Source of the DNA: a bacterium
GTDB taxonomy: Bacteria > Hinthialibacterota > Hinthialibacteria > Hinthialibacterales > Hinthialibacteraceae
Length of the DNA stretch: 64,000 nucleotides
Assembly: GCA_963662285.2 (NCBI GenBank)
Contig: CAXXMV010000002.1
Coordinates: forward strand, 448,001 to 512,000
Direction: 5' to 3'
The translations under genes were made by a program, and so were the position numbers. Within the stretch, counting starts at the first letter, position 1, and the number at the start of each line of letters is the position of its first letter. The notes below the pieces were generated by a model. The model had not been told where the DNA came from, searched no databases, and saw only the letters and a program-made list of their open reading frames with translations. This document shows positions 19,511 through 30,201 of this stretch, one piece after another.

Positions 19511-20278
19511 TCAAAAATATCTTTTTTGTTGTTCAATAATTAGTTTTTCCAGTTGAGAACGTGAGCGTCCATGGTTTGGATCAATCTCTAAGGCTCTTTC
19601 ATATTCAAGCCGCGCCAAGTCGAACTTGCGGTCTGTTTCATGGATTCGACCGAGGACGTAATAAATCTCAGCGCTGTTGGGATTAAGTTCTTCGGCTTTG
19701 GCCAACTCCAGAATGGCTTCTTCATCGGCGCAATGGTCATAGAACAGAAAAGCGATTTGAGAATGCGTGTCGCTCATCTTAAGAATAATCTGTCGAGTCA
19801 GGCGATCTTCCGGTTCCATATCAAGTACGGATTGATATGATTCCAAGGCTTGTTTGTATTCTTTTTTTGATAATAAGGTTTCTGCTTTATTTATTCCGGA
19901 ATCCCATTTCTGCTTTGTTTTTCGATATTGGATATCTTGTATTTTTTGGCGTGATTTTTCATGATTAGGATCAAGTGTTAGCGCTTCAATGTAATTTATA
20001 ATAGATTTTTCTTCCTCGCCTTGAGCTTCATAGAAACGTCCCCGGCGGTAATAAAAATCTGGTTCCGGCTCTTTGGTGAGTGATTTGATTTGATTTTTTT
20101 TGATAACCACAAATTCACCAGCAACGGTTTCTAAAACCAGTACTTGTTCAGAATTTTCCAGGACGCGGCCTTCAAAAGCGCCTTTAGACATGGTGATAGT
20201 GTCGCTATGGGCGTTGTTTAGTAAGAAAAAGGATATGAACAGAATCCCGATAAATGTCAATTTCGATTTTGGAGTCAT
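19511..20278 (-). CDS. Exported TPR protein
   Basis: Signal peptide; TPR motifs (ALTLDPNH, AEELNPNSAEIYYVLG, ALEIDPNH); start uncertain (20278 or 20299). Confidence 0.85.
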   Translation of the reverse strand: MTPKSKLTFIGILFISFFLLNNAHSDTITMSKGAFEGRVLENSEQVLVLETVAGEFVVIKKNQIKSLTKEPEPDFYYRRGRFYEAQGEEEKSIINYIEALTLDPNHEKSRQKIQDIQYRKTKQKWDSGINKAETLLSKKEYKQALESYQSVLDMEPEDRLTRQIILKMSDTHSQIAFLFYDHCADEEAILELAKAEELNPNSAEIYYVLGRIHETDRKFDLARLEYERALEIDPNHGRSRSQLEKLIIEQQKRYF

Positions 20279-20343
20279 TTTTTCTGTACCTCTCTCCACA
20301 TTTCCGTGGAATTAAGTATCGCTGGTTTAATAGTCCAATATAT

Positions 20344-20373
20344 ATTATAAAGGATACTAGTTCTTTAAGTCAA
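20344..20373 (-). promoter_or_regulatory. Sigma70-type promoter for the TPR/FGE genes
   Basis: TTGACT-18-TATAAT on the minus strand. Confidence 0.6.
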
Positions 20374-20624
20374 ATTCATTTTCAAGTATGTTTGTGTAGA
20401 TGTTAAATTAATTGGATTATTGGAAAATATAGAATGCCCATATCCGGATAATTATTCTAAAATAAATCCTACCAGAGGATGCATAAAAAAGTCATTAAAA
20501 ACCATGTATAAAAATAGTAACGTAAATCGAATGTATTTGACCACTCTAGTATCTCTTTTTCTATAATCATGTATTTGAAAGTGAATCAGGGGAATAATTC
20601 ATAAAGAACGGGAGTATTTAAGTC

Positions 20625-21959
20625 ATGAAATGTAAAGATGTTACGCGTCGAGTTTTCTTGATGGGCAGTGCAGCGGCGATGAGCGGCTGCGCAACCAGCA
20701 GCATTCCCTCGCTAGTCAGGATGGGTTACAGGTCGCCAAACGAAAAACTTAATTTGGCGGGGATTGGCGTTGGCGGCCAAGGCGGCAGTGATGTTGGAAA
20801 TTGCGCGAGCGAGAACTTTATCGCGCTGTGCGACGTTGATTGGAACCGCGCCGGGCGGACATTTGACCGTCATCCTAAAGCTAGGCAATACAAGGACTTT
20901 CGCGTTATGCTGGATAAAGAAAAGAGTATTGACGCCGTGACTATTTCTACACCAGACCATATTCACGCTCCAGCGGCTATGGCGGCCATGGCGCATGGCA
21001 AGCATGTTTATGTGCAAAAACCGATGGCTCACTCGGTCTATGAAACGCGGATCATGACGGAAGCCGCTCAAAAATATAAAGTTGTAACTCAAATGGGCAT
21101 CCAGGGACACTCAGACGAGGGCGTCCGTCAATTATGCGAAATGATATGGGCGGGAGTGATTGGCCCGGTGCGCGAAGTTCATTCGTGGACAGACCGCCCC
21201 GGTACGGTATGGCCTCAGGGTATCGCTCAACCTCTTAAAGCGGAAACGCCGCCGGATTATCTGGACTGGGATCTGTGGCTAGGGCCGGCGCCGGAACGCG
21301 CTTATAACCCCGGTTATGCGCCACGCAGCTGGCGGGGCTGGTGGGATTTCGGCAGCGGCGCTTTGGGCGATATGGGGTGCCATCTGCTTGATCCGGCTAA
21401 CTGGGCGTTGCAACTTGGACCGCCGACCAGCGTGGAATGCGTTCAGCAAGAGGGTAAGAATGATCAGACCGGGCCGAGTAATGCCATTATTCATTATGAA
21501 TTCCCAGAACGCAACGGATTGCCTCCAGTGACTGTGACCTGGTATGAAGGCAGCATCGAACCTCCGCGTCCTAAAGGCGTTGAGAAAAATGTGTTCGAGT
21601 GGGGCGGAACCAATGGTTCTTATTTTGTGGGCGACAAAGGTTGCATCGTTTGCGGCCCCAATGGACAGACCCCCCATCTGGTTCCAGAAGAGCGCATGAA
21701 GGATTTCACCTATCCTGAGCCGGTAATTCCACGCGCCAGCGAACATCACAAAGACTGGATTCAAGCCTGCAAAGGCGGAACTCCGGCGGGCGCCAATTTT
21801 AATTATTCCGGGCCATTTACCGAAACCGTTCTGTTGGCGATTCCCGCCTTCCGCTGTGAAGGAAAACTGTTGTGGGATGCGGATAAGATGAGATTTACTA
21901 ATAACCAACAGGCCAATCAATTTTTGCGGCGGAAGTATCGTAAGGGGTGGAGTTTGTAG
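20625..21959 (+). CDS. Tat-exported Gfo/Idh/MocA family oxidoreductase
   Basis: TRRVFL twin-arginine signal; GIGVGGQG; STPDHIH; YVQKPMA; GALGDMGCH. Confidence 0.92.
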   Translation: MKCKDVTRRVFLMGSAAAMSGCATSSIPSLVRMGYRSPNEKLNLAGIGVGGQGGSDVGNCASENFIALCDVDWNRAGRTFDRHPKARQYKDFRVMLDKEKSIDAVTISTPDHIHAPAAMAAMAHGKHVYVQKPMAHSVYETRIMTEAAQKYKVVTQMGIQGHSDEGVRQLCEMIWAGVIGPVREVHSWTDRPGTVWPQGIAQPLKAETPPDYLDWDLWLGPAPERAYNPGYAPRSWRGWWDFGSGALGDMGCHLLDPANWALQLGPPTSVECVQQEGKNDQTGPSNAIIHYEFPERNGLPPVTVTWYEGSIEPPRPKGVEKNVFEWGGTNGSYFVGDKGCIVCGPNGQTPHLVPEERMKDFTYPEPVIPRASEHHKDWIQACKGGTPAGANFNYSGPFTETVLLAIPAFRCEGKLLWDADKMRFTNNQQANQFLRRKYRKGWSL

Positions 21960-21994
21960 GGGAGTGGATAGTTGGCATGGGTGATTGTAAATTT

Positions 21995-22031
21995 CCCCCT
22001 CACCCTAGCCCTCTCCCGGTGGGAGAGGGGA
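21995..22031 (+). repeat. BoxC-like intergenic palindromic repeat, copy 1
   Basis: ccccctcaccctagccctctcccggtgggagagggga; a related copy lies at 57497. Confidence 0.75.
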
Positions 22032-22101
22032 CTTGGTTTCCCAGTATTCATAAGTGGTAATCATAACAGCACGATTTGACGCCTAAAGGGAAGGATTTTT
22101 G

Positions 22102-25100
22102 ATGATGAAACGATTTATTGCAGGTTTGATTTTTTGTTTTACTGTTGGAATTCAAGTTCAAAGCGCTGAGTTTCATGCGCCTCCTACGCCGCAGTATACC
22201 GGGCATGGCGACACCTTCTATGTATCAAAACTGGGGAACAATGAGGATGGCTCATCATGGGTTAAGGCATATCATACTATCCAGGCGGCGCTTGACGCTA
22301 TTCCCGATGATAAGGGCGGCCATCGCATCATCGTCCGGCCTGATATGTATATGGAGGCCATGCTTACTCCTGTCTTCAGCGGCGCGGCTGGCGCTTATAA
22401 CGAACTGATCGGTGATGTGGATGGGCGCTATGGCTCTGGAAAATCTGGCCGGGTGGTGATCGATTCAGGATGTATGAAGGGATTCAAGAGTTATGACTGG
22501 TGGGGGCCGATCCGGTCTAACCAGGAAGGTTGGTCGAAAGAACATACCAATCCTACCTTCTCCGCTATCATATGGGATCGTTGGATACTGAAGAATTTTT
22601 ATGTCACCGGTTCGGATGGCGGCCTGTTTTGGGATTGCACCAACCGGATTGAACCTTTCACCATTATTGTTGAGGATTGCGTGAGCATCGGACGGGCGTT
22701 CGGAGGCGGGGTGGCCAGTTGTCTTTCGCGTACTGACGAACCGATTGTGTTTCGCCGTTGTCAACTGTGGTCGCTGGACGAGTGGGGCGACACGGCCGGG
22801 GCTTATGTGCGGGTGGAGAATCCTGCTATGCCGGATCGTCCTGATATATATTTTGAAGATTGCGCCATGGTCAGCCCGCAGTGCTCGCTTAAAGGCGGCA
22901 ATTATGGTTTTCATACCTACATGCGCATAAAGGCTGAGCGTTGCCGACTGGTTACGCTCAATTTCTCTCAGCCCCAGGGCACGCCGACCGATGGAATTAT
23001 CCAAAGCGTCCAGAATGGCAAATACGTACATGTTGATCTGGAAGACTGCACCCTTATGGGATACAAAGTTTTCGGCGTGAAGGTGGATAAAGACAGCGCC
23101 AAGGATATTCAATATACCACCAAAGGCGCAGTGCAGGCCTATGTGCAATTCACCCAGGATGTCCCTAAAGGTTTCCATCGTTTGGCGCATTGGCCGGTAG
23201 AAATATTCGACTCTATTTTGCCTCAGCCTGCTCCAACTGCCGGGGCGCTTACCCAGGATGTGGAGTTGATCAGCAAAGACATGTGTGAACTGGCGCCATT
23301 TGTCTGGCAAGGTCGTTTATGTCACATGGATTGCGTACGTCCCGGCAGCGGCGGAGTTAAGTCGGATTATTACTTGCTGTTGACTGATGCTGAAACAGGA
23401 GAAGAACTGGCGCGTTTTGCAGAAGGTTATGGATTGGCATGTGCCTTGGTGCATGAGGGCGTCTTCTACGCCTTCGCTTCACGCTTCGAGAATAACAACT
23501 GGAATGACGTGACCATGTTTAAGTCCGTCGATTTGAAAAAATGGGAATCCAAAGTTGTTGTCCAACAGGAGAATGAGCATCTTTTTAACAGCTCGGTTTG
23601 CGTTGGTCCCAATGGCTTTGTAATGGCTTATGAATCCAACGACCGAACCTATCCGGCGTTTACTACTAAATTCGCGGTTGCCGAGGATATAGACAATTGG
23701 ACGAAAGTTCCTGATGCCATCTTCGGTACTGACCGCTATACAGCCTGTCCATGCATCCGTTACGCCAATGGCTACTACTATGTGTTGTATCTTGAAAACC
23801 GCTCTCCTAGGCATTATTTCGAGACATACATCACCCGATCCAAGGATCTGCACAGTTGGGAGCGTAGCGCGGCTAATCCAGTATTGTCGCCATACGCTAT
23901 CGATGACGGCATCAATGCTTCTGATCCCGATGTGGCTGAATTCGATGGAAAAACCTATGTGTACTATGCAGTGGGCGATCAGCTTACCTGGATGAATCTG
24001 AAGCGGGTGGTTTATCCCGGAACGCTAACTCAGTATTTGGAGTCCTGGTACGAGACTCCCGGCATCCCCGATTGCGGCGACCTCAAGGGGTATCAAAAAC
24101 GTAAAGCAACCGAAGCCGCCGCGGCCAAGCAGGCGCGTCTTGATGATGAACGTGAGAAGCGATGCGAGTGGTTTAAGCAAGCCAAATTCGGCATGTTCGT
24201 GCACTGGGGCGTTTATTCGGTTCATGGCGAAAATAAAAAAGGAGATTACGTCTCCTGGAGTATGAAGAACGAAGGCATCCCGGTAAGCGAATATGAGAAA
24301 TTCGCTGAGGCCTTTGCACCGACCAAATTCGATGCGGCTCAGTGGATGGATATCGCCAAATCAGCGGGTATGCGCTACACCATATTCACCTCAAAACATC
24401 ATGATGGTTTTTGTATGTTCGACAGCGCTTTGACCGATTATGACGCGCAAGAGCGTCCGGCGAAGCGTGATTTTGTGCGCGAATTGATCGGCGCCGCCCG
24501 CGATGCGGATATGAAGATCGGATTTTACTATTCAATGCTCGATTGGCATCAACCTGATTTCAAGACTGATCTGGCCAAGTATATCGACAAATATATGTTC
24601 GGGCAGGTTCGGGAACTTTGTACAAACTATGGCCCAATCGACTGCCTCTGGTTCGATGGTGAATGGGATCATCCGGCGCAGACCTGGCGCTCTGCCGAGT
24701 TGATTGAAATGATCCGCCAGTTGCAGCCATCCGCTTTGATAAATGACCGCATCGGGAAGAATGAGCGCGGCGCCACGTTATTGTGCGATTTTTACACGCG
24801 GGAACAGATGAGTGAAATCAAGAATCCCATGGAATTTGAAAAGCGTAAATCGATTCCCTGGGAAGCCTGTTTAACCATAGGCTCGTCGTGGGGTTATAAG
24901 CGTGATGATGGACCGCTGATGAGCAGCGCTGAATTGATCCGCGCGCTGGTTGATATAGTAAGCCGAGGCGGCAACCTGCTATTGAATGTTGGGCCTAATC
25001 CTGAGGGAGAGATTCCCCGGCGGCTGGTGGAAAGGTTGGAGGGTATCGGCGCATGGATGGCGGTGAATGGCGAGTCCATCTATGGCACGGAAAAGTCGCC

Positions 25101-25353
25101 TTTCAAAAATCTGCCAGCGGGTAAATGCACAGCCAAAGGCTCGATGCTTTATATTCATCTGGAGTCGCATCCGGGAGCGGCTTTGCAACTACCCGGTCTC
25201 CAGAATAAGATCAAGAGGGCATGGTTTCTGAAGACCAAAAAGGAACTTGAATTTGATGATTCCGCCAAGAGCATAATCCTGCCGGATGAATTATGCGACG
25301 ATGTGGTTTGTACGGTTGCGGTTGAATTGGATGGATCTGCCTCGGTTCAATAG
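22102..25353 (+). CDS. Secreted multidomain alpha-L-fucosidase (C-terminal GH29)
   Basis: Signal peptide; C-terminal WF.QAKFGMFVHWG, TSKHHDGF, LWFDGEW, NLLLNVGP, NGESIYGT; extra N-terminal domains. Confidence 0.85.
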   Translation: MMKRFIAGLIFCFTVGIQVQSAEFHAPPTPQYTGHGDTFYVSKLGNNEDGSSWVKAYHTIQAALDAIPDDKGGHRIIVRPDMYMEAMLTPVFSGAAGAYNELIGDVDGRYGSGKSGRVVIDSGCMKGFKSYDWWGPIRSNQEGWSKEHTNPTFSAIIWDRWILKNFYVTGSDGGLFWDCTNRIEPFTIIVEDCVSIGRAFGGGVASCLSRTDEPIVFRRCQLWSLDEWGDTAGAYVRVENPAMPDRPDIYFEDCAMVSPQCSLKGGNYGFHTYMRIKAERCRLVTLNFSQPQGTPTDGIIQSVQNGKYVHVDLEDCTLMGYKVFGVKVDKDSAKDIQYTTKGAVQAYVQFTQDVPKGFHRLAHWPVEIFDSILPQPAPTAGALTQDVELISKDMCELAPFVWQGRLCHMDCVRPGSGGVKSDYYLLLTDAETGEELARFAEGYGLACALVHEGVFYAFASRFENNNWNDVTMFKSVDLKKWESKVVVQQENEHLFNSSVCVGPNGFVMAYESNDRTYPAFTTKFAVAEDIDNWTKVPDAIFGTDRYTACPCIRYANGYYYVLYLENRSPRHYFETYITRSKDLHSWERSAANPVLSPYAIDDGINASDPDVAEFDGKTYVYYAVGDQLTWMNLKRVVYPGTLTQYLESWYETPGIPDCGDLKGYQKRKATEAAAAKQARLDDEREKRCEWFKQAKFGMFVHWGVYSVHGENKKGDYVSWSMKNEGIPVSEYEKFAEAFAPTKFDAAQWMDIAKSAGMRYTIFTSKHHDGFCMFDSALTDYDAQERPAKRDFVRELIGAARDADMKIGFYYSMLDWHQPDFKTDLAKYIDKYMFGQVRELCTNYGPIDCLWFDGEWDHPAQTWRSAELIEMIRQLQPSALINDRIGKNERGATLLCDFYTREQMSEIKNPMEFEKRKSIPWEACLTIGSSWGYKRDDGPLMSSAELIRALVDIVSRGGNLLLNVGPNPEGEIPRRLVERLEGIGAWMAVNGESIYGTEKSPFKNLPAGKCTAKGSMLYIHLESHPGAALQLPGLQNKIKRAWFLKTKKELEFDDSAKSIILPDELCDDVVCTVAVELDGSASVQ

Positions 25354-25382
25354 TGTTTTGCGACTGCATGACATGAATCTAT

Positions 25383-25416
25383 AAATCCCTTCACTCTTAT
25401 GGGTGAGGGGATTTTT
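25383..25416 (+). terminator. Intrinsic terminator
   Basis: aaatcccttcactc-ttat-gggtgaggggattttt. Confidence 0.75.
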
Positions 25417-25817
25417 GGTATTTCAAAGAAGATGTAATCCTAAAAATCCTATAGATAGTCATTACCTGGAATATGTCCGTTTTTCAGATATATTTACTAA
25501 CTTTAGACTGTAGACTTTTTGCTGCTTCATTATCATACTGTTAGAAAAAATTATTTATTTCCAGAGAGTTGTGCATGTTCTTGCTTGCATTATAAAAAAG
25601 AATAAAGATGATATTTTTGAAGGATAAACAAGAGTTAAAGAAATGGATCAATGTCTCTAAAAGATTGATATTTGAATAAAACTAGCGTTTTCAATTCGCT
25701 TAAACTTTTGTTAACTGCTATAGTAATAGAAACGATATTGTTAAGCATTCTTTTTTTATTGAGTAAGATGAGTTCATGTACTAGGAATGCGGTTTGTTCT
25801 TCAGGAGGCTTTTAAGA

Positions 25818-27131
25818 ATGTCAACGAATAAAATGGATGCATATGCAGTGACTGAGAGGACGGAAGTATTGATTCTTGGAGGCGGAAAGGGATCGCGCCT
25901 CTATCCGCTGACTAAAGAGAGAGCCAAACCGGCTGTCCCCGTTGCCGGGAAATTTCGCTTGATTGATTTACCCGTCAGCAATTGTTTGCATTCCGGTTTG
26001 CCTCGAATATATATTTTAACCCAATTTAATTCCGATTCACTTCATCGGCACATCGCTCAAACCTACCGTTTTGATTCCTTTTCAAAAGGTTTTATTCAAG
26101 TTCTCGCTGCTCAACAGACGCCTGATAACAAAGATTGGTTTCAGGGAACAGCGGATGCCGTGCGTCATGCATTGCGCCGCTTTATAAACCGTAAACCCGA
26201 GCATGTCCTGATTCTCTCCGGGGATCATTTATATAAGATGGATTATAGGAAATTATTGGAAACTCACATAACCAATAATGCGGATTTAACCATCTCTGTG
26301 TTACCGATATCTCAAGATAAAGCGCCGGAATTTGGAATATTGAAGGTCAACGAAGAAGGCCAGATTTCTTCGTTCCAGGAGAAACCGAACACAAATGAAG
26401 AATTAGATCAACTTAAAGTTCCCTCCAAACTGTTTGAAGATAAACACATCAATGCTCGAGGAAGAGAGCATATCGCTTCTATGGGGATTTATGTATTTAA
26501 AATGGAAGCGCTTATCAAGGCATTGGAAGAAAATGAAAGTTCTGATTTTGGGAAAGATATTATACCGGCAATAATCGGAACTAAACGGGTTTTCGCCCAT
26601 TTCTTTGATGGATATTGGGAAGATATTGGAACAATACGGACTTTTTATGAAGCTAATCTGGCTTTGACTCGTCCAGTTCCCGATTTTAATTTCTATGATG
26701 AGCGCCACCAGGTTTTTACTCGACCCCGTTTCTTACCGGGCATAAAGGTAAATCAGGCAACCATTCGTTCTTCAATTATTGGAGACGGCGCTATCGTATC
26801 TGGAGCGGTGATAGAAGACAGCATCATCGGTTTACGCGGCGTGATTGCCGAAAATGCCCAATTATATAAAACAGTTATGATGGGCGCTGATTACTATGAT
26901 AGTGCTAACCATACTGTTGAAGATATTGATCCCTCTGCTCCAGCGCTGGGGATCGGAAAACGTTCTATTGTGAAAAACACCATTGTTGACAAGAATGCGA
27001 GAATTGGTTCGGATGTGAGAATTCTTAACGAGGCTGGCATCCAGGAAGCAGATGGAGATAGATACTTTATTCGAGATGGCATCGTGGTTATTCCTCGAAG
27101 CATGATTATACCTTCCGGCACGGTAATCTAG
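25818..27131 (+). CDS. glgC: Glucose-1-phosphate adenylyltransferase
   Basis: GGGKGSRLYPLTKERAKPAVP, WFQGTADAVR, LSGDHLY, EKP, SMGIY, DFGKDII, YWEDIGT; RBS aggagg before ATG 25818. Confidence 0.97.
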   Translation: MSTNKMDAYAVTERTEVLILGGGKGSRLYPLTKERAKPAVPVAGKFRLIDLPVSNCLHSGLPRIYILTQFNSDSLHRHIAQTYRFDSFSKGFIQVLAAQQTPDNKDWFQGTADAVRHALRRFINRKPEHVLILSGDHLYKMDYRKLLETHITNNADLTISVLPISQDKAPEFGILKVNEEGQISSFQEKPNTNEELDQLKVPSKLFEDKHINARGREHIASMGIYVFKMEALIKALEENESSDFGKDIIPAIIGTKRVFAHFFDGYWEDIGTIRTFYEANLALTRPVPDFNFYDERHQVFTRPRFLPGIKVNQATIRSSIIGDGAIVSGAVIEDSIIGLRGVIAENAQLYKTVMMGADYYDSANHTVEDIDPSAPALGIGKRSIVKNTIVDKNARIGSDVRILNEAGIQEADGDRYFIRDGIVVIPRSMIIPSGTVI

Positions 27132-27189
27132 ACATGTTCTATTAAACATCGATTTCATATCTGATTGGAAATTGAATTGAAACAAATAA

Positions 27190-27224
27190 AAAAGGTTATG
27201 CCAAGTAATTAAGCATAACCTTTT
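27190..27224. terminator. Bidirectional terminator between glgC and the TPR gene
   Basis: aaaaggttatgc…gcataacctttt. Confidence 0.7.
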
Positions 27225-27251
27225 ACTTTATGTTCAGATATTCGAAAATAT

Positions 27252-28148
27252 TTATAATCCAATCTCCTTTTTATTTACTTTTAATTGGCGAGCTGCTTTG
27301 GCCAAATCTTTGTTATAACGTTTATAATTGTTTTGGTGAATGATATCAGCAACTATATGTAAATTCTCCTTGGCTTCAGTTAAGTTATCGGTTTCCCGGC
27401 AGGCTTCAACTAAATCCAGAAATGTTACAGGCGAAAATGGATCGAAAACCAGAGATTGCTTGAAATAAGAGATAGATTTTTCCGCTTGATTTAGATTGTC
27501 CAAATAAGTTTTACCAACTGCATGATAAGTGCGCGCCATTTTCAATTTTTGTTCTTCGGTCAATTCCATTGTTTTAGAGAGCGCGATTGCTTCTAATAAA
27601 ATGTCGATGCCTTTTTCATATTCTTGCAGTTTCTTTGTATAGAGAGTCCCCAGGAAATGCATACCGGAAAGACTTTTGGGATTCTTCTTTAACACGTCAA
27701 GAAAAATTTCCTCCGCCTTTTTTACGCTTCCTCCCAACCAGCCGGGTATATCACGCAAAATGACGGCTTGTCCGATGCGCGCCCTTTCGCATGTGGGATC
27801 AAGTTCCATCGCTTTGTTATAAAGGTTTTTGACTTTGCGTCCATCCGGCAATAACGAGAGAGAGGAAGCGCCTTTTTTGGCGCGTTCCGCTAAACTGAAT
27901 GCTAGCGTTTGAGCTAACCAGCAGGTATATTCTGCATTTTGAGGTTCTTGCTCAATGCAATACCGGAAAACATTCTCCGCTTCACTCAAATCTTTGGAAA
28001 TGAAAAAATCTACGCCTTTTTTGAATGCATCTTGAGGCATTAGATTACTTAACTGATAATTATCGCTATAACTGAATTGTGCGGTGGAAAAAGAAAAAAT
28101 GATGCTTAAGCCGCACACAAAGCATAACACTGATCTGGCCGAATTCAT
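27252..28148 (-). CDS. Exported TPR protein
   Basis: Signal-like N-terminus; helical repeats (AMELDP, IPGWLGGS..KA, SLVFDP); start uncertain. Confidence 0.75.
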   Translation of the reverse strand: MNSARSVLCFVCGLSIIFSFSTAQFSYSDNYQLSNLMPQDAFKKGVDFFISKDLSEAENVFRYCIEQEPQNAEYTCWLAQTLAFSLAERAKKGASSLSLLPDGRKVKNLYNKAMELDPTCERARIGQAVILRDIPGWLGGSVKKAEEIFLDVLKKNPKSLSGMHFLGTLYTKKLQEYEKGIDILLEAIALSKTMELTEEQKLKMARTYHAVGKTYLDNLNQAEKSISYFKQSLVFDPFSPVTFLDLVEACRETDNLTEAKENLHIVADIIHQNNYKRYNKDLAKAARQLKVNKKEIGL

Positions 28149-28319
28149 ATAGTGATTCCTTGATAAAATATTTGGAGGCAACACTAAGATTTTAACATAT
28201 CATAGCCCAAGCGGCAAGTTATTTATAAAATAATTAATCAGTATCCAGTGTCTAAGCAAAATTAATATGTTAATCTACTATTTATGATATTCTTTTTTTA
28301 GCGATAAGGATATTCGCTT

Positions 28320-29564
28320 ATGAAATTGTGTGATGTAGTTCAATTCTATAGTCCGCTAGGTGGGGGCGTACGCCGTTATCTTGATGATAAGATGCAATAT
28401 ATTGCTAATCACAATGATATCCAACATGACGTCATTGTTCCTTCTCATCAAAACGCTATTGATATCCTATATGATTCGAGATTGATAGAAATAAAATCAA
28501 TGCGATTAATTGGATCGTTAAGTTATCGTATGCTATTAAATCGGTCACGCATTTTATCGATTTTGGATCAAGAACAGCCCGATATTATAGAGGTAGGAGA
28601 CCCATACCGCTCCGCCTGGATATCTCTGGAAGGCGCCAGGCTCCATCAAATTCCAATAGCAGCATTTTATCACTCAGATTTTCCCCGGGCGCTGGGACGT
28701 ACGATTCAGCGCTTTTGTGGAACAAGCGTTGAACGCATACTTTCAAACTGCATCCAACGTTATATTGTTAATTTATACAACCAGATGAGCGTTACTATTG
28801 TAGCCAGCCAGCGCTTGCAGAAAATTCTCACGGAATGCGGTATAAAGCGGATTGTTTGCATTCCCTTGGGTACTGATATATCTGTTTTCCAGCCCGATCT
28901 GGAAAATCAATCAATACGAGAGGAACTTGGACTGAATGAAAATGATCGCTTATTGTTGTATATCGGTCGGTTAGCCCGCGAAAAAAATATCCACAGCCTG
29001 ATTGGAATGATGGATCAATTGTCTGATCATCCATGTAAGACCAACAGACAAACCAAGTTGCTGCTGGTGGGGGATGGAGAATTGCGCGGCATGGTTCAAA
29101 AAGCCGTGCAAGAGCGTAATGATATTGAATGGCATGGTTATTGTCAATCAAGTAAAAAACTGGCAGCGTATTACAATGCGGCGGATTTATTCGTTCATGC
29201 GGGAACCTATGAGACTTTCGGCATTACATCATTGGAAGCGCAAGCATGCGGCACGCGGGTGCTGGCGATACGCGGGGGAGGACTAGATGATACAGTACAG
29301 GGAGAAACGCCGCTGATTATGGCCGATTCCTCCTCACCAGCTGATTTAGCCTATTGCGTTAAGCAGATTGAGGATGTTGAATCCAATTCATTACAAGAGC
29401 AAAGACGGTTGCGGATAGTGCGCCATTTCTCTATCCAGACCACATTTAATCGAATATTTGCTTTATACCGGCATATACTTGCGGGATATCCGGTTGAAGA
29501 ATACGCCTATCCAGAGGAAGAAACCTGTGCAAAAGATCATCATCCGGCCATACTCTCCTACTGA
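28320..29564 (+). CDS. GT4-family glycosyltransferase
   Basis: FYSPLGGGVRRYL, YIGRLAREKN, VGDG, ETFGITSLEAQACG. Confidence 0.92.
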   Translation: MKLCDVVQFYSPLGGGVRRYLDDKMQYIANHNDIQHDVIVPSHQNAIDILYDSRLIEIKSMRLIGSLSYRMLLNRSRILSILDQEQPDIIEVGDPYRSAWISLEGARLHQIPIAAFYHSDFPRALGRTIQRFCGTSVERILSNCIQRYIVNLYNQMSVTIVASQRLQKILTECGIKRIVCIPLGTDISVFQPDLENQSIREELGLNENDRLLLYIGRLAREKNIHSLIGMMDQLSDHPCKTNRQTKLLLVGDGELRGMVQKAVQERNDIEWHGYCQSSKKLAAYYNAADLFVHAGTYETFGITSLEAQACGTRVLAIRGGGLDDTVQGETPLIMADSSSPADLAYCVKQIEDVESNSLQEQRRLRIVRHFSIQTTFNRIFALYRHILAGYPVEEYAYPEEETCAKDHHPAILSY

Positions 29565-30171
29565 TCGCGATTCTATCCGGTTTATTTGTTGTGAAACCGG
29601 TTTTTCGGGCGAACCTGTCGATCCCCTGTTTTGCGACCGCCATGCTTTCGCCGATTTTTTCACCAAATATTACACGGATTGGGAACCGGAGAGTTCATTC
29701 GTTGGCGAAGTAGATGGTAAAGTAGTGGGATATTTGAATGGCTGTCTCCGTTACCGGTATCATGGATTCGCAGAGAAATGCATTATCGCTTCATTGGTTC
29801 CTAAGGTTTGCTGGAGAATAGTCAGTGGAGATTATAACCAGCAAAGCCGTTCTTTTTTACGGTGGTGCATTCTACATGGAAATAAAGAGACTCCTGCGTT
29901 TCCAAAGCAATCAGCTCATTTCCATTTCAATATTCTCCCGGAATACCGTAATTCCGGGATCGGTTTACGGTTGTTTAACCGATTTGTTGAACATCTGAAT
30001 GAGCATAAAACCAAGCGGGTGTACGCCCAACTCCAAACCAGTGATAATAAACGCACATTACGCTTGTTTAATAGGTTTGGCTTCGTTGTTACAGAACGCC
30101 GTGAAATTAGCAAATTCAGGGCTTTTCATGATGAGAAAATATATGTCACGACTATTGTGCGTGAGTTCTGA
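29527..30171 (+). CDS. GNAT-family acetyltransferase
   Basis: IRPY…DR, VVGYL, HFNILPEYRNSGIG, FNRFGF; GTG start with upstream gaggaag. Confidence 0.8.
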   Translation: MQKIIIRPYSPTDRDSIRFICCETGFSGEPVDPLFCDRHAFADFFTKYYTDWEPESSFVGEVDGKVVGYLNGCLRYRYHGFAEKCIIASLVPKVCWRIVSGDYNQQSRSFLRWCILHGNKETPAFPKQSAHFHFNILPEYRNSGIGLRLFNRFVEHLNEHKTKRVYAQLQTSDNKRTLRLFNRFGFVVTERREISKFRAFHDEKIYVTTIVREF

Positions 30172-30201
30172 TTTTTAACGCCAGAAAACTTGAGCGCTTA
30201 T

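Noticed and set aside
20537-20567. TTGACC…TATAAT promoter upstream of the oxidoreductase
   Set aside because: The 19-nt spacer is suboptimal and the region is AT-rich, so a chance match is plausible
22465-23310. 281-aa ORF on the - strand (also 21279-21920)
   Set aside because: Antisense shadows of well-supported GC-richer genes
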